Shown: positions 8,900 through 18,452 of the stretch, in pieces | How the letters are laid out: each line of letters opens with the position of its first letter | How positions within the stretch are numbered: the stretch's first letter is position 1 | From: Patescibacteria group bacterium UBA3533 | GTDB taxonomy: Bacteria > Patescibacteriota > Minisyncoccia > Phycocordibacterales > Phycocordibacteraceae | NCBI GenBank assembly: GCA_002376865.1 | Contig: DFOU01000003.1 | Span: 62,572 to 126,571, forward strand | Length of the DNA: 64,000 bases | Reading direction: 5' to 3' | The notes under the pieces: generated by a model | Told to the model about the DNA's origin: nothing | Seen by the model: the letters and a program-made list of their open reading frames with translations, nothing else | The model's database searches: none | Made by a program: the position numbers and the translations under genes

Positions 8900-11573
8900 A
8901 AATTTCACAACCAAAGCGAAAGAGGCAGTACGAAAGGCACATGAACTTGCAATAGAGAGAGGGCAAAATCATGTGAACCCCGTACATCTTCTCGCTGCAC
9001 TTGTATTGCAGGAGGAGAGTCTCGTATTTTCAGTACTAGATAAAATGGATGTAGATGCCATTTTGCTTGCAGACTCATTGCTTGAGATGCTTGAAGCTCC
9101 AGAGAATGCTTCAACACTTTCTCCAAGCTACCAGCTTTATTTAACTCCAGACCTAGCACAAGCTCTTGAAAATGCTGGGACTATTGCGTCAGATTTAGGA
9201 GATTCATTTATTGGGACAGAGCACCTGTTTATTGCTCTTATCGAGAACCCGGGGCCTGCAGCAGATCTATTGCAGCGATTTACTATTGATCAGGAGACAT
9301 CGCTTAATGTGCTTTCTGAAATCAAGCAGAATAATGGGGGAGAGATTGTAGAGCCAAAGAAATTCAGGGCTCTTACAAAGTACACACGAAATCTAACGCA
9401 GATGGCTCAAGACAATAAGCTTGATCCTGTTATTGGACGTGATGAGGAGATTAATCGTGTAGTTCAGATTCTTTCTCGAAGAACAAAGAACAACCCTGTT
9501 CTTATCGGAGAAGCTGGAGTTGGAAAGACTGCCATTGCAGAGGGGCTAGCGCAGCGAATAGCATCAGGTGATATTCCTGAGTCTCTAAAGGATAAAGAGC
9601 TTCTCTCGCTTGATCTTGGAGCGATGATTGCAGGTACAAAGTATCGAGGAGAGTTTGAGGAGCGGATGAAGAGCATCATGAAAGAAGTTGAGAAGTCTGA
9701 AGGAAAGGTGCTTCTCTTTATTGATGAGCTACACACACTTGTAGGAGCTGGAAATGCAGAAGGTGCAATGGGAGCAAGTGAGATGCTTAAGCCAGCGTTG
9801 GCTCGTGGGGAGATCAGGACTATTGGGGCTACAACTATTAAGGAGTATCAAAAGTATATTGAAAAGGATGCAGCTCTTACACGGCGTTTCCAGCCAATTT
9901 ATGTACATGAGCCAAGCATTGAGGATGCGGTAGCTATTTTGCGAGGGCTTCGAGATAAGTACGAGCTCTTCCACGGTATTCGTATTACAGACGACGCTAT
10001 TGTTGCAGCAGTAGAACTATCTGCAAGGTATCTAACAGAGCGACATCTTCCAGATAAAGCAGTTGATCTTATCGATGAGTCAGGGTCAATGCTTCGCATT
10101 GCGCTTGAGAATAAGCCGGTAGAGCTTGAAGAGACAGATCGAAAGATTCGTCGTCTTGAGATTGAAAAGGCAGCACTTGCAAAGGATCTTCAGGATGAAG
10201 ATATGGAGAAAGAGATCAAGTCTCGTATTCGAAAGGTAGAAAAAGATATCGCTGATCTAAAAGAGAAGACAAGTGAGCTTGAGCTTAAGTGGAAGAATGA
10301 GAAGGAGGTTCTTGAATCTATTCGAGGTATGAAGACACAGCTTGGAGAACTTAAGCAGCAGGCAGACAGTGCAGAGGCAACTGCAGATCTTGGTACTGCA
10401 GCTGAGATTCGTTATGGAAAGATTCCGGTACTTCAGAAGGAGCTTGAAACAAAGATGAAGAGAATGAAGACACTTCAGAAGTCTCGAAGAATTCTTAAGG
10501 AAGAAATTACCGAGTCAGACATTGCAACTGTTGTTTCAAGGTGGACTGGTATCCCAGTGTCGCGAATGCTTGAGGAAGAGGCTCAGAAGCTTGCTCGTAT
10601 GGAAGAAGCTCTCAAGGAGAATCTTGTAGGGCAAGATGAGGCAATTCAATCTGTTGCAGATGCTGTGAAGCGATCACGTGTAGGAATTGCAGATCCTAAC
10701 CGCCCTATTGGATCATTTATGTTCTTAGGGCCAACAGGAGTTGGAAAGACAGAGCTTGCTCGTCGCCTTACAGAATTCATGTTCAATGACGCGGATAATC
10801 TTATTCGTGTAGATATGAGTGAGTTTATGGAAAAACATTCCGTAGCGAAGCTTGTAGGAGCTCCTCCAGGGTATGTGGGGCACGAAGAGAGTGGAACATT
10901 AACTGAGCAAGTACGACATCGTCCGTACTCGGTAATCTTGTTTGATGAGATTGAGAAGGCTCACCCTGAAGTGTTCAATATCTTGCTTCAGGTTCTTGAT
11001 AGTGGGCACCTAACAGATGGAAAGGGAAGGAAGGTGAACTTCAAAAATACTATCGTTATTCTAACTTCAAATGTTGGAGCTGAATATATCGACAAGATGA
11101 GCTCAATTGGTTTTGCCACACACGAGAGTGAAGCACATGAGGTGGAAGACCAGCAGGAGCAGGCACGAGAGAAGGTGATGAAGCAGTTGCGTGAGCAGTT
11201 CCGTCCAGAGTTCTTGAACCGTCTAGATGACATTGTCTTCTTCAAGACTCTTTCAAAGGAAGTGCTTCGAGAAATTGTGGACATGCAAGTGGCAGATGTT
11301 ATTGAGCGACTTTCACAAAAGAAAATTGCCCTGTCTATTGCTCCTAAGGTTAAGGATTGGCTTGCTGCCAAGGGATACAATCCACAATATGGGGCGCGAC
11401 CATTGCGGCGTGTAATTCAAACAAAGCTTCTAACTCCAATTGCATCTCTTATGGTAGATAAGGGACTTATGGCAGGAGGGTCTGTAACAGTAGGGATTAA
11501 GGGAGATGAGCTTACATTTACAGCTCGAAAGAAAGCCGCAACAGCAAGTAAAAGGGTGAAAACAGTTGCGTAA
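8886..11573 (+). CDS. clpB: ATP-dependent chaperone ClpB
   Basis: 895 aa. Two AAA+ modules (GEAGVGKTA and GPTGVGKTE Walker A) separated by a long coiled-coil middle domain. Clp N-domain present. Confidence 0.9.
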   Translation: MQPFKNFTTKAKEAVRKAHELAIERGQNHVNPVHLLAALVLQEESLVFSVLDKMDVDAILLADSLLEMLEAPENASTLSPSYQLYLTPDLAQALENAGTIASDLGDSFIGTEHLFIALIENPGPAADLLQRFTIDQETSLNVLSEIKQNNGGEIVEPKKFRALTKYTRNLTQMAQDNKLDPVIGRDEEINRVVQILSRRTKNNPVLIGEAGVGKTAIAEGLAQRIASGDIPESLKDKELLSLDLGAMIAGTKYRGEFEERMKSIMKEVEKSEGKVLLFIDELHTLVGAGNAEGAMGASEMLKPALARGEIRTIGATTIKEYQKYIEKDAALTRRFQPIYVHEPSIEDAVAILRGLRDKYELFHGIRITDDAIVAAVELSARYLTERHLPDKAVDLIDESGSMLRIALENKPVELEETDRKIRRLEIEKAALAKDLQDEDMEKEIKSRIRKVEKDIADLKEKTSELELKWKNEKEVLESIRGMKTQLGELKQQADSAEATADLGTAAEIRYGKIPVLQKELETKMKRMKTLQKSRRILKEEITESDIATVVSRWTGIPVSRMLEEEAQKLARMEEALKENLVGQDEAIQSVADAVKRSRVGIADPNRPIGSFMFLGPTGVGKTELARRLTEFMFNDADNLIRVDMSEFMEKHSVAKLVGAPPGYVGHEESGTLTEQVRHRPYSVILFDEIEKAHPEVFNILLQVLDSGHLTDGKGRKVNFKNTIVILTSNVGAEYIDKMSSIGFATHESEAHEVEDQQEQAREKVMKQLREQFRPEFLNRLDDIVFFKTLSKEVLREIVDMQVADVIERLSQKKIALSIAPKVKDWLAAKGYNPQYGARPLRRVIQTKLLTPIASLMVDKGLMAGGSVTVGIKGDELTFTARKKAATASKRVKTVA

Positions 11574-11602
11574 ATCCCTTAATTTGATAGAGTAGCCGCA
11601 CT

Positions 11603-11758
11603 ATGAGTCAAGACCATTTGGCAAAAATGAAATCAACTGAATCCGATCACATGTATTGGACTCGGAAGAATAAGAAGCGTGTAGAGCGAAAGCTTGAGCT
11701 TAAGAAGTACGATCCTAAGGTTCGAAAGCACGTAATGTATACAGAAGTGAAGAAGTAG
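11603..11758 (+). CDS. rpmG: 50S ribosomal protein bL33
   Basis: 51-aa ORF (below the ORF-track cutoff). Ends KLELKKYDPKVRKHVMYTEVKK, matching the bL33 signature. Confidence 0.7.
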   Translation: MSQDHLAKMKSTESDHMYWTRKNKKRVERKLELKKYDPKVRKHVMYTEVKK

Positions 11759-11817
11759 AACTCTTTCTTCTTTATGCTACACTCTCCGCACGGCACACTG
11801 TCGTGCGTTTGTGTATA

Positions 11818-11888
11818 GGGCGATTAGTTAAGTGGCATAATGAAGGTCTCCAAAACCTTAGTCGGGGGTTCGATTCCCTCATCGCCCG
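11818..11888 (+). tRNA. tRNA-Trp (anticodon CCA)
   Basis: GGGCGAT acceptor, anticodon stem-loop AAGGT-CTCCAAA-ACCTT, T-arm GGGGGTTCGATTCCCTC, discriminator G. Spurious ORF 11824-12021(-) overlaps it. Confidence 0.85.
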
Positions 11889-11897
11889 CAATTAACA

Positions 11898-11925
11898 GAA
11901 AGAGCTCCAGATAGGAGCTCTTTCG
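11898..11925 (+). terminator. Weak hairpin terminator after tRNA-Trp
   Basis: aaagagctcc-agat-aggagctcttt hairpin with a short T-run. Confidence 0.35.
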
Positions 11926-11940
11926 CGGTATTATGAGTGC

Positions 11941-12807
11941 ATGTTTGACCAAATAGTACCGGATTGTGCTCGAGACTCCATAACATACCCTTGTGGGTGT
12001 GAATTTGTAGATGTGATGCAACTTGTGCAGAACATCATGAACTTTCTTATTTACTTTGGAACAATGGTTCTTGTTCTTATCTTGGTATATGTTGGCTTTC
12101 TATTTATAACGAGCCAGGGAAATCCAGGAGCGATTCAAAAAGCTCGAAGCATGGCAATGAGTGCCGTTATTGGGTTTGTGGTTATGCTCGGAGGATTCTT
12201 GATTGTGAGTACCATCATGAGTACGTTTGCAAATCAGGATGAGTACGGAAATTGGAGTAGTTTCTTTGGGATAGAGAGAAGTGTTTGTGAATTGGACTTT
12301 GAAGGTGGGATTGATACAAGAAACCCTGTTGTAACAGGGCCACAAGATGATTGTCCTACATGTGTATCACTTGAACCTCTTGGTATTGATTGTAAAAGCG
12401 GACGTTGTGAAGCAGATGAAGATATTGCAAATAGACTACAAGAGTTAGCAAATACAGCAGGGCTTGCTGCTTGGAGAGTTACAGAGGCTATACCAACCAC
12501 TGCAACACACAGGTGTGGGTGTCACTATAATGGAACCTGTGTAGATATAAACTTTACTGGCAACCTTCAGGCAAGTTCTCCAATTAGTGTAAGTCTTGGA
12601 CAAGAGCTAGGTACAGCAATAGCTGCGTTTATTGATGCTGCAGAGAGTCAGGGGTTGCGTGCAGAGTATGAGGTACCAATCAATGAAGACAAGGTGAATA
12701 TCTATACAGCACCAAGTGGTCCTAATCCAAACTCTATTAAAGTAATTTCTGCAATAACAGCGCCGCACTTTTCTGTGTACGGTCCTAGAGGGTGTCAAGC
12801 AAGATAA
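11941..12807 (+). CDS. T4SS pilin-like N-terminal domain fused to ~200-aa Cys-rich C-terminal extension
   Basis: 288 aa. Residues ~25-95 (MQLVQNIMNFLIYFGTMVLV...SQGNPGAIQKARSMAMSAVIGFVVMLGGFLIV) match the pilin paralogs at 966-2371. C-terminal part has paired cysteines (DDCPTC, CKSGRC, HRCGCHYNGTC). Alternative start at 12016. Confidence 0.45.
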   Translation: MFDQIVPDCARDSITYPCGCEFVDVMQLVQNIMNFLIYFGTMVLVLILVYVGFLFITSQGNPGAIQKARSMAMSAVIGFVVMLGGFLIVSTIMSTFANQDEYGNWSSFFGIERSVCELDFEGGIDTRNPVVTGPQDDCPTCVSLEPLGIDCKSGRCEADEDIANRLQELANTAGLAAWRVTEAIPTTATHRCGCHYNGTCVDINFTGNLQASSPISVSLGQELGTAIAAFIDAAESQGLRAEYEVPINEDKVNIYTAPSGPNPNSIKVISAITAPHFSVYGPRGCQAR

Positions 12808-13697
12808 GATCCAACTTTTTCTAAAAGGTTTTCCTTTGTTCCCCAAGCAACATCTTTATTTCTCTTAAACCAAGTCATTTGGCGTTTTGCATATCCCATA
12901 AGTTCTGAGATAAGTTTTGGTATTAAATCTTCTTCAGCAATAGTTTCATCTAGGTATTCTTTTATAACTCTATATTCAAGTCCAAATGCATCAAGGCGCT
13001 TGTCACCAACACGTTCTCTGAGCATTTTAGTTTCCTCGACAAGCCCTTTCTTTATCGTCTCAGAAAGTCTTTTTGTTATTTTCTCTCGGATATTCTCCCG
13101 AGATATCTCAATTCCCAAGTAGAGAGTGTCGTAAAGGGGTTCTGCTTTTTCTTGTTTTGGAACTTCTCCAAGAGCCTCAACTATCTCAAGGGCACGAATA
13201 AGGCGTCTCTTATTTTTTGGGTCTATAGTTTCAGCTCGTGCTGGGTCTTGAGATTGTAGAATTTTAAATAATGCTGTCGTTGGTACATCCTCTAATTCTT
13301 CTCGAAGCTTTTCATTTGGCGGGACAACAGGAAATGCTCCATCATATAAAACAGCATCCATGTATTGTCCTGATCCTCCGGCAAGTATAGGAAGTTTATT
13401 CCGAGAGATAATATCTTTAATTTTCTCTTTCGCCATCTTTTGAAATTCCTGCACAGAGAAAGTTTCCTCTGGCTCTACAATATCAATCATGTGATGGGGA
13501 ATGCCGTCCATTTCTTCCTCTGTCACTTTCTCAGTTCCAATATCAAGTGTTTTGTACACTTGTCTTGAGTCAACAGAAATAACTTCGCCATTGTATTTTT
13601 TGGCAATTCCTATAGCTAGAGATGTTTTCCCAGATGCTGTGGGGCCAACAATCGCAATAATTTTTGCATCTTTCATTAGCTTCGTTATACTACGCAT
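12795..13697 (-). CDS. miaA: tRNA dimethylallyltransferase
   Basis: 300 aa. P-loop IIAIVGPTASGKTSLAI. MiaA-typical SVDSRQVYK and GGSGQY motifs. Confidence 0.85.
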   Translation of the reverse strand: MRSITKLMKDAKIIAIVGPTASGKTSLAIGIAKKYNGEVISVDSRQVYKTLDIGTEKVTEEEMDGIPHHMIDIVEPEETFSVQEFQKMAKEKIKDIISRNKLPILAGGSGQYMDAVLYDGAFPVVPPNEKLREELEDVPTTALFKILQSQDPARAETIDPKNKRRLIRALEIVEALGEVPKQEKAEPLYDTLYLGIEISRENIREKITKRLSETIKKGLVEETKMLRERVGDKRLDAFGLEYRVIKEYLDETIAEEDLIPKLISELMGYAKRQMTWFKRNKDVAWGTKENLLEKVGSYLA

Positions 13698-13725
13698 ACA
13701 AAATTAGTAAACTAAGAGAAAATAT

Positions 13726-14259
13726 ATGGACAGTTCAGAATTAGAAGGAAAAAATCTTCCAAATGTAACATTCAAGACACGAGCAAAGAATGATTCAGGA
13801 GAGTTTGAGTGGAAAGACGTAACAACTGAAGACTTGTTTTCAGACAAAAAGGTTGTTCTCTTCTCTCTTCCAGGAGCATTTACACCAACGTGTTCTTCAA
13901 CACATCTTCCAGGATATGAGGAGAAGTTTGATGAGCTTAAGGAGCTTGGTGTCGATGAGGTGTACTGTCTTTCTGTAAACGATTCATTTGTGATGAATGC
14001 GTGGGGGAAAGATCTTGGTGCAGATAAGGTAAAGCTTATCCCTGATGGGTCAGGAGACTTTACGCGAGCACTTGGAATGAACGTAAAGAAAGAGAATCTT
14101 GGGTTTGGAGAGCGGTCTTGGCGATACTCTGCACTTGTAGAGGATGGAGAAATCAAGAAGGCATTTATTGAGTCTGGATTTGAAGATAACTGTGAGGAAG
14201 ATCCATTTGAGGTATCTGATGTAGATACAATGCTCAAATATCTTAAAGAGAACTCATAA
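13726..14259 (+). CDS. Peroxiredoxin (Prx5-type, AhpC/TSA family)
   Basis: 177 aa. Peroxidatic Cys motif PGAFTPTCS. Thioredoxin fold. Confidence 0.8.
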   Translation: MDSSELEGKNLPNVTFKTRAKNDSGEFEWKDVTTEDLFSDKKVVLFSLPGAFTPTCSSTHLPGYEEKFDELKELGVDEVYCLSVNDSFVMNAWGKDLGADKVKLIPDGSGDFTRALGMNVKKENLGFGERSWRYSALVEDGEIKKAFIESGFEDNCEEDPFEVSDVDTMLKYLKENS

Positions 14260-14262
14260 ATC

Positions 14263-14287
14263 AAAAAGCGCCTTCGGGCGCTTTTTG
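14263..14287 (+). terminator. Rho-independent terminator
   Basis: aaaaagcgcc-ttcg-ggcgcttttt hairpin plus T-run. Confidence 0.6.
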
Positions 14288-14349
14288 ATTTGTGGGAAGT
14301 TTTATGGCATATTCACTTCAGACTTTAAGTAGACACTTAGGAGATTTCA

Positions 14350-14886
14350 ATGTTTACAGAGCGGCAAATTAATGCCCTGAAGTATGTGATTGCTTATTCA
14401 AAGGATGGAAATTCTCTGGTTAAGCAAATGTTCTGGCTTCTTCTTGATGAGTCTAAATTGATGCGGAAAGAAGTTTGCATTACGCTCATCGAGGGGGAGG
14501 GCTTCTCTGAAGAAGAGGTTCGTGATGCCGGCTACGGAGCATCGGGTTTCTCAAGTACTCTTGGTTCCACGCAAATCGATCAAATCATGATTGCTATGGG
14601 TACTGATTTTCGCTTCAGCTACCACTACGGTCGGTATGGCGAAGATGGTCTTGATACAAGTGGTCAGTTCGCAGGGATCTCGGAAGAAAGAATGCTTGCT
14701 TCTGCTGAAGATGCAAAAGCACTTGTAAAAGAAGGTGTTCCAGTTGCGTACACATTCTGGTTGGCGCGCGACCATTACTCGCGTACTGCCACGCTGGTTC
14801 CTGTCGTTCGCGAGCAGCTTATCTCAATTGATCTTAATAAATCCGGGCTGTATCCAGATCTTGAGAATCAGCAGCTTGAAGCTTAG
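14350..14886 (+). CDS. Hypothetical protein
   Basis: 178-aa ORF with a clean start and flanking terminators. No family recognised. Slightly GC-richer than neighbours. Confidence 0.4.
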   Translation: MFTERQINALKYVIAYSKDGNSLVKQMFWLLLDESKLMRKEVCITLIEGEGFSEEEVRDAGYGASGFSSTLGSTQIDQIMIAMGTDFRFSYHYGRYGEDGLDTSGQFAGISEERMLASAEDAKALVKEGVPVAYTFWLARDHYSRTATLVPVVREQLISIDLNKSGLYPDLENQQLEA

Positions 14887-14900
14887 ATCTCGAGCAACCG

Positions 14901-14923
14901 AAAAGCGTCCTTGTGGCGCTTTT
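14901..14923. terminator. Bidirectional terminator between convergent genes
   Basis: aaaagcgtcc-ttgt-ggcgctttt hairpin (9 bp including one G-U pair). Confidence 0.5.
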
Positions 14924-14925
14924 CT

Positions 14926-15492
14926 CTATTTTACTGCTTCCTTCCAATGTTTCCTGCACACAGAGACGTATGATTCATTTCCTCCAACTTGATTTTGTGG
15001 GCCATCTTGCAGCACTTTCCCATTTTCTCCAAGTCGCAGCACCATAGTCGCTTTCTTTCCACAATGACAAATAGTTCGTATTTCTCTTAGAGTATCGGCA
15101 AGCGCAAGTAGTCTCTCAGATCCTGGAAATAGATTTCCTTTAAAGTCAGTTCGAAGTCCGTAGCACATAACAGGAATATGTAACTCATCAGCAACATGTG
15201 CAAGCTCATCAATATGTTTTGGAGATAGCCAGTGCGCTTCATCTATTAAAACGCAAGAGATGGGGCTCTGTTCTCTTATTTTTTCAAAGAGGTTGTCTTT
15301 TTCATCATACGTATCACACTCGTGTTTTATTCCAATACGAGAAGAAATAAATCCTTGTCCATCTCGAGTATCCATTTTTGCGGTAAGGAGGTACACATTC
15401 ATACCACGCTCTTCATAGTTGTGTGCTACCTGGAGTAGGGCAGTAGATTTTCCTGCATTCATTGCAGAGTAAGAAAAGTAGAGTTTTGACAT
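14926..15492 (-). CDS. tdk: Thymidine kinase
   Basis: 188 aa. P-loop SAMNAGKST. C-terminal zinc-ribbon cysteines (ICHCGKKA...SVCRKH), typical of Tdk. Confidence 0.85.
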   Translation of the reverse strand: MSKLYFSYSAMNAGKSTALLQVAHNYEERGMNVYLLTAKMDTRDGQGFISSRIGIKHECDTYDEKDNLFEKIREQSPISCVLIDEAHWLSPKHIDELAHVADELHIPVMCYGLRTDFKGNLFPGSERLLALADTLREIRTICHCGKKATMVLRLGENGKVLQDGPQNQVGGNESYVSVCRKHWKEAVK

Positions 15493-15504
15493 CGACCTAT
15501 TGTA

Positions 15505-15535
15505 CCAAAAAGAAAAAGCGCCGTAAGACGCTTTT
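15505..15535. terminator. Hairpin with flanking A/T runs between tdk and tRNA-Leu
   Basis: aaaaagcgccgtaagacgcttttt. Confidence 0.35.
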
Positions 15536-15544
15536 TCTTGTTTG

Positions 15545-15626
15545 TGCCGGGAGAGGGACTTGAACCCTCAAGCCTTGCGGCAATAGGTTTTGAATCTATC
15601 GCGTATACCAATTCCGCCACCCCGGC
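15545..15626 (-). tRNA. tRNA-Leu (anticodon CAA), type II
   Basis: Reverse complement: GCCGGGG acceptor, D-arm GCGGAATTGGTATACGC, anticodon loop TTCAAAA, long variable arm TGCCGCAAGGCTTGA, T-arm GGGTTCAAGTCCC. Spurious ORF 15459-15716(-) overlaps it. Confidence 0.8.
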
Positions 15627-15691
15627 AATACACGTTATCCTACGTAAAGTTCTTAAATGGTGCAAATTACATATGATACAATTGGCTGTAT

Positions 15692-16660
15692 ATGGACGCG
15701 AAATTAGCTGAAGCACAGCGGTATGATTCGGTATTCTGGATTGAGGTAGAGAAAATTCAACCTAATCCATACCAGCCACGGAAAGAATTTGACGAGCTAA
15801 ATCTAAAAACTCTTGCAGAGAGTATTCGGCAGTATGGAGTATTGCAGCCACTTGTTGTTACTCGTACTGAAACTGAAAAAGAAGATGGAGGTCTTCAAAC
15901 AAGCTATGAGCTTATTGCTGGGGAGCGAAGGCTTCGTGCCTCAAAGCTTGTAGGATTGCGTGAGGTTCCTGCAGTGATTAGAACTCAAAATGAGGATAGT
16001 CAGATGAAGCTCGAGCTTGCGATTATTGAGAATCTTCAAAGAGAAGATCTCAATGCTGTAGATCGAGCAAAAGCTTTTGATCTTCTTGCACAGAAATTTA
16101 AATTAACTCATGCAGAGATTGGAAAGAAGATGGGGAAGAGTCGAGAGTATGTAAGTAATAGTATTCGGCTTCTTGGACTTCCTGAAGAGATGCAAGAAGC
16201 TATTCGAAGTAAAAATATTACTGAGGGACATGCAAGGCCACTCCTAATGCTTTCTGATCGTCCTGATGAGCAAGCAACTCTATATAAGGAGATTGTTACC
16301 CGAAAGATTTCAGTGCGAGATAGTGAGCAATTGGCGCGGCGCATTGCTGTTGAGAAAACTCGGAAGAATGATCTTTCTCCTGAATTACAAAAGCTTGAAA
16401 AAGAACTCTCAGATGCTCTTGGAACACGAGTGCATATTGAGCGAGCTGAATCTGGAGGAAAGGTGGTTATTGATTTCTTCTCAGAAGATGATCTAAGTGC
16501 GATTAGAAATCACATTGCAGAGGAGGCTGTAAAAGAGGAAGAGCTTTCAGAAGAAGAAATTGTTGAAGATGTAGAAAACGCCCTTGAAGGTGTTGTGGAG
16601 GAAAAGAAAGAAGAGAAGAAGGATGATGATCTCTACAACATCTCAGGATTTACTGTATAG
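15692..16660 (+). CDS. parB: Chromosome partitioning protein ParB/Spo0J
   Basis: 322 aa. ParB N-terminal box (ELIAGERRLRASKLVG), HTH region, acidic C-terminal tail. No parA adjacent. Confidence 0.8.
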   Translation: MDAKLAEAQRYDSVFWIEVEKIQPNPYQPRKEFDELNLKTLAESIRQYGVLQPLVVTRTETEKEDGGLQTSYELIAGERRLRASKLVGLREVPAVIRTQNEDSQMKLELAIIENLQREDLNAVDRAKAFDLLAQKFKLTHAEIGKKMGKSREYVSNSIRLLGLPEEMQEAIRSKNITEGHARPLLMLSDRPDEQATLYKEIVTRKISVRDSEQLARRIAVEKTRKNDLSPELQKLEKELSDALGTRVHIERAESGGKVVIDFFSEDDLSAIRNHIAEEAVKEEELSEEEIVEDVENALEGVVEEKKEEKKDDDLYNISGFTV

Positions 16661-18167
16661 GCTTCTTTCCTGTTTTCTGTCGAATACTCTTTCGTGCAAT
16701 TGATGTCTTTACCATGTCGAGCCATTTTTCAGTTGGCGCGGCATTTTTTCTTGTCATGATTTCAACTCGATCTCCATTTTTTAGCTTTGTATCAAGTGAG
16801 ACAAGCTTTCCGTTTACTTTTGCTCCGGCTAGATGGTCTCCAATGTCGCTATGAATAGCGTATGCAAAATCGATAGGGCTTGAATCAACAGGCAAATCAA
16901 TCACATCTCCTCTCGGGGTAAATACAAATACTCGATAGCTTGTAACGTCTTCTTTTACTCCTTGTAGGAATTCATCACTCTCAGAAAGTGCGGTTTGTGC
17001 TTCAGCAAGATCTGCAATCCAAGTTGGAGTTGAAGCGCTTTGCTTCACTTCTTTATTTACCTTTGGAATAAGTTCTCCCATCCATGTGCGAGCAAGAGTT
17101 TCAAAAGTTTTCTTATTACTATCTCCAAGTTGCTTGTATGAAATATGAGATGCAATTCCGTATTTTGCAGAACGATGCATTTCTTCCGTTCGAATTTGTA
17201 CCTCTACAATTCCAGCGTTCCCTGTCATTACTGTTGTGTGAAGACTTTGGTATCCATTTGGCTTGGGGAAAGCAATGTAGTCTTTAATTTTTCCTGGGAT
17301 CGGCTTAAAGAGATTGTGAACAATTCCAAGAGCTGCATAACAATCATTTACATCTTTTACAATGATGCGAAGTGCGGCAATATCAAAAATCTTTGTAATA
17401 TCTTTATCTTTTCTCTCGAGTTTTTGGTACAGGCTATATAAACCTTTTACTCGAAGCTCTGTACTAAAGTTGGTAATAGAACCCTTTGCAAGTTCTTTTC
17501 GAAGCGTTCTTTGAATCTTTTTAAGACCATCTTCATTTTCTTTGCTCTTTTGCTTCATTACCTCAAGAGTGTGCGTGTATGCATCAGGATCAACATGGGG
17601 AAATGAAAGGTCCTCAAGATCTCGCTTCATAAGTCCCATTCCAAGACGGTCTGCGATAGGGGCATAGATTTCAAGAGTCTCAATTGCAATTCTCTTTCTC
17701 TTTCTCTCAGGCACATGATCAATAGTTGTCATGTTGTGGTAGCGATCAACAAGCTTAATAAGGAGTACTCGGATATCAGCTGAAGTGGCAACAAGAAGGC
17801 GTCGCAAACTTTCGGCGTGCCGCTTCATTCCTCGGTACTTATGCTTTCCAAGCTTAGTAACACCGTGCACCAGAAAGCGAACATCTTTACCAAAAAGCTT
17901 TTCAATCTCTTCTTCACTTGCTCCTACATCCTCTACAGTGTCGTGTAAAAGCCCTGCAGCAACAACTGATCCATCAGCGCCAAATTCTGCCAATTTCTTT
18001 GCAACAGCAGCAGGGTGCATGAAGTATGGTTCTCTAGAATATCGAGTGTGTCCGTCATGAGCTTTCTTTGCAAAAGCATATGCTTCTTTAACGAGTGCAA
18101 GTTCTTTCTCACTTGCTCCCTGCATTTCTTTTTGAATTTCCTTGACGGATGTCATATTGTCTAGCAT
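16650..18167 (-). CDS. (p)ppGpp synthetase/hydrolase, RelA/SpoT family, compact form
   Basis: 505 aa. HD hydrolase domain (HDTVEDV), synthetase domain (IAALRIIV...YQSLHT), C-terminal TGS-like segment. No ACT domain. Confidence 0.85.
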   Translation of the reverse strand: MLDNMTSVKEIQKEMQGASEKELALVKEAYAFAKKAHDGHTRYSREPYFMHPAAVAKKLAEFGADGSVVAAGLLHDTVEDVGASEEEIEKLFGKDVRFLVHGVTKLGKHKYRGMKRHAESLRRLLVATSADIRVLLIKLVDRYHNMTTIDHVPERKRKRIAIETLEIYAPIADRLGMGLMKRDLEDLSFPHVDPDAYTHTLEVMKQKSKENEDGLKKIQRTLRKELAKGSITNFSTELRVKGLYSLYQKLERKDKDITKIFDIAALRIIVKDVNDCYAALGIVHNLFKPIPGKIKDYIAFPKPNGYQSLHTTVMTGNAGIVEVQIRTEEMHRSAKYGIASHISYKQLGDSNKKTFETLARTWMGELIPKVNKEVKQSASTPTWIADLAEAQTALSESDEFLQGVKEDVTSYRVFVFTPRGDVIDLPVDSSPIDFAYAIHSDIGDHLAGAKVNGKLVSLDTKLKNGDRVEIMTRKNAAPTEKWLDMVKTSIARKSIRQKTGKKPIQ

Positions 18168-18202
18168 ACTACCAGCTGGGCAAATAGCAAGAGGATATTG
18201 TT

Positions 18203-18403
18203 ATGCCAACACCAGACGATCCGCGCTTTTGGCCCAAGGATTTGGGAGGAGCACGCAGTTCAGGTCAAAACCCTGGAACCGAAAAAACAAACGACGATAC
18301 TATGGGTGATGACGAGGATGATTTTTCCTGCGGTGATCCTAAATGTATGTCGTGTCCAGGTGGTCAACCTGGAAACTGTTCTGCACTGTTGCATTCTGGT
18401 TAG
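18203..18403 (+). CDS. Candidate small acidic, Cys-containing protein (66 aa)
   Basis: SD-like AAGAGGA 7 nt upstream of the ATG. Acidic N-part, then C-terminal CGDPKCMSCPGGQPGNC. Followed by a terminator. Lies between two minus-strand genes. Confidence 0.25.
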   Translation: MPTPDDPRFWPKDLGGARSSGQNPGTEKTNDDTMGDDEDDFSCGDPKCMSCPGGQPGNCSALLHSG

Positions 18404-18426
18404 GCCCAGCGGCCTTTCAAAGAAAA

Positions 18427-18452
18427 AGCCGACCCTTAGGGGTCGGTTCTTT
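18427..18452. terminator. Bidirectional terminator (serves topA on the minus strand)
   Basis: ccgaccc-ttag-gggtcgg hairpin, flanked by aaaaag on one side and ttcttttt on the other. Confidence 0.55.

Noticed and set aside
11824-12021. 65-aa ORF on the - strand
   Set aside because: Overlaps tRNA-Trp.
13704-14264. 186-aa ORF antisense to the peroxiredoxin gene
   Set aside because: Mirror frame of a conserved gene with a clear active-site motif. Ser-rich low-complexity.
15459-15716. 85-aa ORF
   Set aside because: Overlaps tRNA-Leu(CAA) and the parB start. A tRNA-derived artefact.
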